The notes under the pieces are model-generated. The model searched no databases, was not told the origin of the DNA, and saw only the letters and a program-made list of their open reading frames with translations. DNA of 64,000 nucleotides, taken from Cetorhinus maximus. Lineage: Eukaryota. A program made the translations under genes and the position numbers. Below, piece by piece: positions 61,125-64,000 of the stretch. How positions within the stretch are numbered: position 1 is the first letter of the stretch; each line of letters starts with the position of its first letter. The DNA lies in the NCBI RefSeq assembly GCF_964194155.1, contig NC_135899.1:25110001-25174000 (forward strand), read 5' to 3'.

Positions 61125-62216
61125 ACTACGTGCTGATGTTCTACCTGTCCCCGGTGTTGTGAAGGATGGGTCTGGCCACGCTGCCGCGGAACGCTCCAAG
61201 TAGTTGGACCGTGCCATACCACCTGTCTCTCGTGGAAAAATTTATGCAGAGAAACAGCTTTGGCCACAAGTCCATCAGGCAGTGGTCGGCACGTAACGTC
61301 TTAGAGGCCCTGCGGGAAAAGGAGAGGGTGGATCCTGTGGGATGGTTCCCCGAGCAGACTGTCAAAGTCATTTGGCAGAATGCCTCATCGCCAGAACTTT
61401 CCAACAAGCACCAAGATGTAGCTTGGCTGGTGGTGAGAAAGGCCCTCCCCGTCAGATCCTTCCTACACGCCAGGAGTCTCACCCCCTCTGCACATTGCCC
61501 TCGAGGTGGCTGTGGTGGGGACGAGACCATTGTTCACCTCCTTGTGGATCGTGCCTTTGCAAAGAAGGTCTGGAGAGAGATGCAGTGGTTTTGTGGAGGT
61601 TCATCCCGAGCAGTTCTGTGACAGAGGACTCTGTGCTCTATTGGCTGTTCCCAGGGACACACACCGAGACAAACATCAACTGCAGCTGGAGGATCATCAA
61701 CTCGGTGAAAGACGCTCTTTGGTCTGCCCAAAACCTGTTGGTCTTCCAGAGCAAAGAGTTGTCCCTGGCTGAGCGTTGCAGACTGGCACATTCCAAAGTC
61801 CAGGACTACGTGCTGAGGGACGCACTAAAGCTTGGGGCAGCCGCCGCAAAGGCGCAATGGGGAAAGGTCGCTTCTAAGACCTTTCTGCCACAGTGCACCG
61901 AGGGGCTGGGAAAGGTATAGAACCCTCGGGCTGTACAGCCGACAATAAATGTTTGCATTGAATACTAATTGTATTATAATTGTATTGAAACACTTCAGAG
62001 TGCAACAAGATGTATGCTGATGACTCCTATACCATTGCACTGTCTGACTGTAATGACCATATTGAAATGACTGTATTAGTCATTGATTGTATTGAAGCAC
62101 CTCGTGATCCATGTGTAAAAGTTGAAAATGATTGTACTTTTTGTGATGGCCATTTAGAAGTGTTTTGCAATGTTCTTCCAGATATTTTATGAATAAAGTA
62201 TATTTTTCTGAAAAAA
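61125..62216 (+). mobile_element. Tx1 3' fragment
   Basis: ORFs 61166-61621 and 61342-61920 match the family; ends GAATAAAGTATATTTTTCTGAAAAAA. Confidence 0.9.
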
Positions 62217-62532
62217 GAAGAAATGTCTCAAATCACTTAATTTACAGGAGCAGAAATTGAAAGAGACACAGACACACAGACATGGACACAGATACACAGA
62301 CATGGACACAGAAACACACCTCCACCTACTGACACACACTTCTGTACAATCAGGGTATACATGCCCACAACATTAGTGACATTTCACGTGGACATCAGTG
62401 AAAATGCACCAGCATGTTTAAAATGGAGGTGGAAATGAGAATGTGTTTAACTCTCACTCTTTAAATGTCTTCTCGAGACAATCCAGAAAGTGCCAGGAGG
62501 CCATGAGTTGCTTTAGAAAGGGGGCAGTGGTG

Positions 62533-62534
<2 letters not shown>

Positions 62535-62568
<34 letters not shown>
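62535..62568. repeat. (CA)n microsatellite
   Basis: Pure CA run. Confidence 0.9.
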
Positions 62569-62570
<2 letters not shown>

Positions 62571-62711
62571 TTATACAATCCACACTGGCATCACTTAAAA
62601 TCACAGACAGAATCTCATTAACAATCCACATGCTTTGCACTGTCCTGTGTTGGGGGTTTAGAGTTTGATATTTCGAACTGCAGTGACATTCCAGACATGA
62701 TATTTTTTTTG

Positions 62712-63458
62712 TCATAAAATATCTGGAAGAATATTACAAAACATTTCAAAATCACAATCACAAAAGTACAATCAGATTCAACTTTTACACATGGATCACA
62801 AGGTGCTTCAATACAATCAATGAATATTACAATCATTCCAATATGGTCAATGCAGACAATCAGACAATGGTATTGGAGTTATCAACATACATCATGTTGC
62901 ACTCTGAGGTGTTTCAGTACAATTATAATACATCTATTATTCAATGCATACATTCATTTTGAGCTGTACAGCCCGAGGGGCTCTAAACAGTTCCCAGCCC
63001 CTCGGTGCACTGTGGCAGAAAGATCTTAGACAGCGACCTTTCCCCATTGCGCCTTTGCGCCCTCCGAACCATATCCCCAGCACCTTCAGGCCATCAGCCC
63101 TGACGGTGAAGGGGACAAAGGATCGGTCAGCCCAGTTCCCAAAGAACATGGCCTCGCTCTTCCTACGATTTACCTTGGCTCCCGAGACCAGTTTGAACTG
63201 GTCGTAGATGTGGATCAGTCTGCGCACCGACAGCGGATCCAAGCAGAAGAGGGCGACATCGTCCATGTACAGGGAGGCTTTGATCTGAGTGCCTCCACTG
63301 CCTGCACTTGTCACTGCTCTTATGCCTGGATCCTTCCTGATGGACTCAGGAAATAGTTCTATGCAACACCCAAACAGGATAGGGGAGAGAGGACAGCCCT
63401 GCCTGACTCCAGATTTAATAGGAAAGCTCTCTGATTCCCACCCATTGATTGAGACTGC
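62712..63458 (-). mobile_element. Internally deleted Tx1 fragment
   Basis: RT segment (YMDD..GIWFGG) is joined directly to the ORF2 C-terminus at ~63059. Confidence 0.85.
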
Positions 63459-63462
63459 ACAG

Positions 63463-63865
63463 TTTTTTGTTTTCTTTTTTGAAAAATATACTTTATTCAT
63501 AAAATATTTGGAAGAACATTCCAAACCATTTCAAAATCACCATCACATAAGTACAGTCAGATTCAACTTTTACACATGGATCACAAGATGCATCAATACA
63601 ATCAATGAATATTACAATCATTTCATTATGGTCAATGCAGACAATCAGACAATGGTATTTGTGTTATCAACATACATCATGTTGCACTCTGAGGTGCTTC
63701 AATACATTTATAATACACTTTGTATTCACTGCATACATTCATTTTGAGCTGTACAGCCCGAGGGGGTCTCAACAGTTCCCAGTCCCTTGGTGCACTATGG
63801 CAGAAAGGTCTAAGACAGCGACCTTTCCCCATTGCGCCTTTGCGGCGGCTGCCCCAAGCTTTAGC
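63463..63865 (-). mobile_element. Tx1 3' end fragment, in tandem with the previous copy
   Basis: Same 3' UTR and LGAAAAKAQWGK terminus. Confidence 0.85.
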
Positions 63866-64000
63866 AAGGTGGTTGGTGGGGGCTGAGGATGCGTATAATT
63901 CCTCAGATAGCCTTCCCTCTGGACTTCTGCCTGCTCTGGCATCTCCACAATTTTACAGTGGGATGGGTGAGGCCTAGTCCCACCCTTGCCTCGATTGAGG

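Overview
Eukaryotic, repeat-rich vertebrate DNA. The repeat landscape (CR1 and L2 LINEs, Deu/V-type SINEs, Tx1, Penelope, Harbinger) points to a cartilaginous fish (shark); this is an inference. Genes: (1) the last three exons of a C-type-lectin-domain gene (2138-2920, +). (2) A small variant-histone locus: two near-identical inverted H3 genes, both carrying Q125H (17206-17616 +, 26276-26686 -), flanking a divergent Cys-containing H2B (21433-21810 -) that has no H2A partner. (3) An intact 6-exon RING-Bbox-CC-PRY/SPRY TRIM gene (34960-41261, +; 474 aa) whose stop codon is supplied by a LINE insertion. Repeats: a four-level retroelement nest (3585-11090); several Penelope-derived elements carrying minimal hammerhead-ribozyme motifs, often as palindromes; a 4.3-kb SINE-derived 33-mer minisatellite just upstream of the TRIM gene; a ~10-kb CT/CA-rich satellite containing Harbinger-type elements; and a cluster of Tx1 fragments. 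The best candidates for something undescribed are the H3(Q125H)-H2B(variant)-H3(Q125H) inverted cassette, with its footprint of directional gene conversion, and the palindromic hammerhead mini-elements. Everything was read by eye without database searches, and repeat boundaries are approximate.
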